Assembly (NCBI RefSeq): GCF_006345805.1
Contig: NW_021836870.1
Coordinates: forward strand, 1 to 37,104
Direction: 5' to 3'
Source of the DNA: Octopus sinensis
Taxonomy: Eukaryota
Length of the DNA stretch: 37,104 nucleotides
Both the position numbers and the translations under genes were made by a program. Positions 33,900 through 37,104 of this stretch are shown in pieces (positions within the stretch are counted from its first letter, which is position 1; each line of letters opens with the position of its first letter). Under the pieces are notes generated by a model. The model was not told the origin of the DNA and ran no database searches. It saw only the letters and a list, made by a program, of their open reading frames with translations.

Positions 33900-34516
33900 C
33901 TCTTTTATGGAGAGTTAGCTAAAGGAGAACGACCTCCACATAAACCAAAAAAGAGGTATAAGGACTTGCTGAAGGCTTCCTTAAGAGATGCTTGCATCTC
34001 TCCTGACACATGGGAAGGCATAGTTATTGATCGTAGCTGGGAGAAGGATTGTGCACGAGGGGACAGCCACTTTTGAGAAATCTCGAGTGGCACATAAGAA
34101 AGTAAGGAGGGATGTCAGGAAGCGCATCGCTGTTACACTTCCAGATGGGAAGGGTCTTCCTATGATGCTGACATGCAGTGTCTGTGCAAGACACTGCCTC
34201 AGAAAAGCTGGACTCAAGAGTCATCTTCGTAGTCATAAAGCGAGACAGATGAGTGACAACCTGCCACTGGTGGTGGTGTAACACACCATACTAATAATAT
34301 CTGTCGGGCATGCAAAGAGAGTGTAATTCGGCAGGAGGACTTAAACGACATGCACATGTACATGAAGCCCAGTTACAACTACAGCCGGCTATTACCGGTA
34401 AAGGTTTAGTTGCCAATTCTGTACAAGACTGGGCTAAAAAGTCACATTCGATCACACCCGCCAGTAACAGTTAAGCTTCGTGCAATGGCCATACTCGATG
34501 ATGAGGGGGCAGCCAT
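33900..34516 (+). mobile_element. RTE-clade LINE 3' end with one intact and two decayed C2H2 zinc fingers
   Basis: LFYGEL..GER...PKKRYKDLLK; CSVCARHCLRKAGLKSHLRSH; frameshifted CRAC..CNSAGGLKRHAHVH and CQFC..TGLKSHIRSH; ends in (TA)n. Confidence 0.85.
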
Positions 34517-34518
34517 AA

Positions 34519-34563
<45 letters not shown>

Positions 34564-34802
34564 TATATAGTTGAAATATGTTACAAAAGGAAAATATAAA
34601 ATACACGTGAAAGTTTAAGGGGAGAATAAGAAAAAATCAACGAAAATGCACATTGTAAATAAAAAAGAAAAAGCTTTTTATGAAAGGTAACGACAGATAT
34701 ATACTTTTAGATGGATGAGGTAGTAATAAAAGTCATTATTATGAGATGATTAAAAGTCAGAAGAAAGCATACCATGGTTTCGTCATAAGCTATTCGTCCC
34801 CC

Positions 34803-34846
<44 letters not shown>

Positions 34847-35129
34847 ATACATGTATATAACTACGTATATTATATGCATGCATTATATATATATATAATG
34901 CATACATATGCAGTCAGATCTAGTCCAAGTAATTTGACTCATTGTTTTGTTAAATCTAGTTGGAACCGATAGATAAGAGAAAATCGTTTGGTCATTATAT
35001 TTGATTGACTGTAGTTGTTGATTTTTTCGTAGAAGCTATTGGCTTGAAGCAGGGTTAGGTGTTTATGTAGTTTCTGATGGTAGTAGGGACAAATAGAGGC
35101 ACACAATCGTATACATATATACACTTGTG

Positions 35130-35298
35130 TACGACGGGCTTTTTTCAGTTTCCGATACGAATTAAATCATAAGGATTTAGTCGACCCGGGACGATAGAAG
35201 AAAACACTTGTCTAAGCTGCCACGCGGTGGGACTGCACCAGGAACCGTGTGGTTGGTAAGCAGGCAACCCCCCACTGAGATATATTTACATATATATA

Positions 35299-35339
<41 letters not shown>

Positions 35340-35555
35340 GATTAGGAATGGCTGTGTGATAAGTAGCTCCCTACGAAACGCAGTGTTCTTGGTTCAGTCC
35401 CACTGCATGGCATCTTGGGCTAGTGTCTTCTACTATAGACTCGTGCCGACCAATCCTTGTGAGTGGAATTGATAGGCGGAACATACACACACACACACAC
35501 ATTCACACAAACATATATATACATATATGTGTGTGTGTGTGTGTGTGTGTAGGGC

Positions 35556-35628
<73 letters not shown>

Positions 35629-35790
35629 GTTTGTATGTCTGTTTATCCCTCCAACACCGCTTGACAACCGGTGCTGGTGTCTTCATGTCCCCGTAACTTA
35701 GCGTTTCGTCAAAAGAGAAAATAGATTAAATACTAGGCCTACAAAAAATAAGTATTGGGTTCGAATTTCTCGAATAAAGGCGCTGCTGCG
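35130..35790. mobile_element. Second head-to-head SINE pair around (AT)n; the plus copy continues through a microsatellite to its tail (about 35790)
   Basis: Paralogous to 32295-32650; tail ttgacaaccggtgctggtgt..cgtaacttagcg. Confidence 0.8.
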
Positions 35791-35816
35791 GCATGGAATA
35801 TATATATGTGTATATA

Positions 35817-35865
<49 letters not shown>

Positions 35866-35879
35866 AGTGTGTGTGTTTG

Positions 35880-36060
35880 TAATGTCTGTTTATTTCTCGA
35901 ACATCGTTGGACAACGGGTGCTGGTGTGTACAATTCCCCGCACTTAGCGGTTCGGGAAAAGGGACCGATAGTTTAAATACTAGGCCTACAAAGTATAAGT
36001 CCTGGGGTCGATTTGCACGATAAAGGCATTGCTCCACCATGGCCGCAGTCAAATAATTGA
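35880..36060 (+). mobile_element. CORE-like SINE 3' tail
   Basis: cttagcggttcggg..ataagtcctggggtcgattt..catggccgcagtcaaa. Confidence 0.75.
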
Positions 36061-36454
36061 AAAATTAAGTGTGTAAAATAGAAAATAACCAGAAAAGTTT
36101 ATATTCTCTGAACTACATCAATAAGGGAGATAACTGAAAATCAACTTTTAGAGTTACTTCCCTTGACATATTAATAAAAGACATGACAGTTTAAGATGTA
36201 GATGCGTTTATATTTCCCATGCGAAGGGCACATTTGCATTCGCGCAGGAAGATACAAACATACACATGCAAATTTTCTGTTGTTAACTTTAACAAATAAA
36301 CATTATAATTTACATTTAATTACACCCGAAAACTATGTAAAGTACTCACCATATCTAGTACTACCCTTTGGACATGATCGGGTTTTTATTTTGTTTTAGA
36401 TAGTATATATGCGTATGTGGGTATATACACGTGTATATGTATGAATGCATGTAT

Positions 36455-36501
<47 letters not shown>

Positions 36502-36556
36502 GTATGTATATATATATTCATAAATTTATAATTATATATATATCTGTAGGTATATA

Positions 36557-36609
<53 letters not shown>

Positions 36610-36611
36610 TC

Positions 36612-37062
36612 AAAAATGGAAGATAAAATTCCTGGAGGACTGGGTCGATGCCCATCCAAACCACATCCCTTTCTTCGTCCTCACTGAAACCCATCTTAGT
36701 AACCTCCACTTGGAAGCCGAGGTGAAAGTTAAAAATTTCAAAGCCATTCGTGCTGATCGTGCTGGCAGAAGAAAGGGTGGGACTGCCATTTATGTTCATG
36801 ATTCATTCTCAACAGAAGCTATGAACATATTTTCCAATGGATACTGCAATCACACTGATACTATCCACAATATTGCAGTGGAGAAAACTCTACTCTCCGA
36901 CCATGACATGGTTCTCTGTGATCTGAGATTTCACCGGCCAAAATGCAAAACAAATGTCATCCCTCCTGTTCATCCATTTGACACTATGGATTTCCACAAT
37001 GCAAACTGGGAAGCGATCAATAATGATCTTGTACAAGTCGATTGGTCCTTCACGCACACATA
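36612..37062 (+). pseudogene. CR1/L2-group APE endonuclease fragment with an in-frame internal deletion
   Basis: FVLTETHL..LEAEV..F.AIRADR..RKGGTAIYV, FSNGYC joined directly to NHTDTIHNI..LSDHDMV, then DFHNANWEAINNDL..VDWS. Confidence 0.8.
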
Positions 37063-37104
37063 CACACTCACTAACATCAAAAAGTCCTAGCAGTCATTTG
37101 TAGA

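Overview
Eukaryotic, repeat-dense genomic DNA with no rRNA, tRNA gene, CRISPR array or intact multi-exon gene that I can see. The microsatellite load and the SINE/LINE families suggest a coleoid cephalopod (Octopus); that is inference from pattern recognition, not a database search. Most of the window is decayed retroelements: R4/Dong-type LINEs sitting in (TAA)n tracts, several RTE-clade LINEs, CR1/L2-group fragments, a Penelope-like element (RT + GIY-YIG), a deleted Gypsy LTR element, pogo and Tc1 transposase remnants, and two tRNA-derived SINE families. The most interesting signals are RNA-level ones. (1) A 355-bp-period mini-element at 30148-30580 carries a minimal type I hammerhead ribozyme and a near-perfect 79-bp terminal redundancy (retrozyme-like or mini-Penelope). 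(2) A second hammerhead lies just upstream of the Penelope-like ORF at 20001-20056. (3) A head-to-tail SINE trimer at 2337-2949 is bracketed by a single 12-bp target-site duplication, so it inserted as a concatemer. Also notable: a chimeric Dong LINE, an RTE tail with three tandem C2H2 fingers, a Gypsy element inserted exactly in an RT YADD motif, and two weak host-exon candidates. All alignments and folds were done by eye; boundaries of old repeats are approximate.
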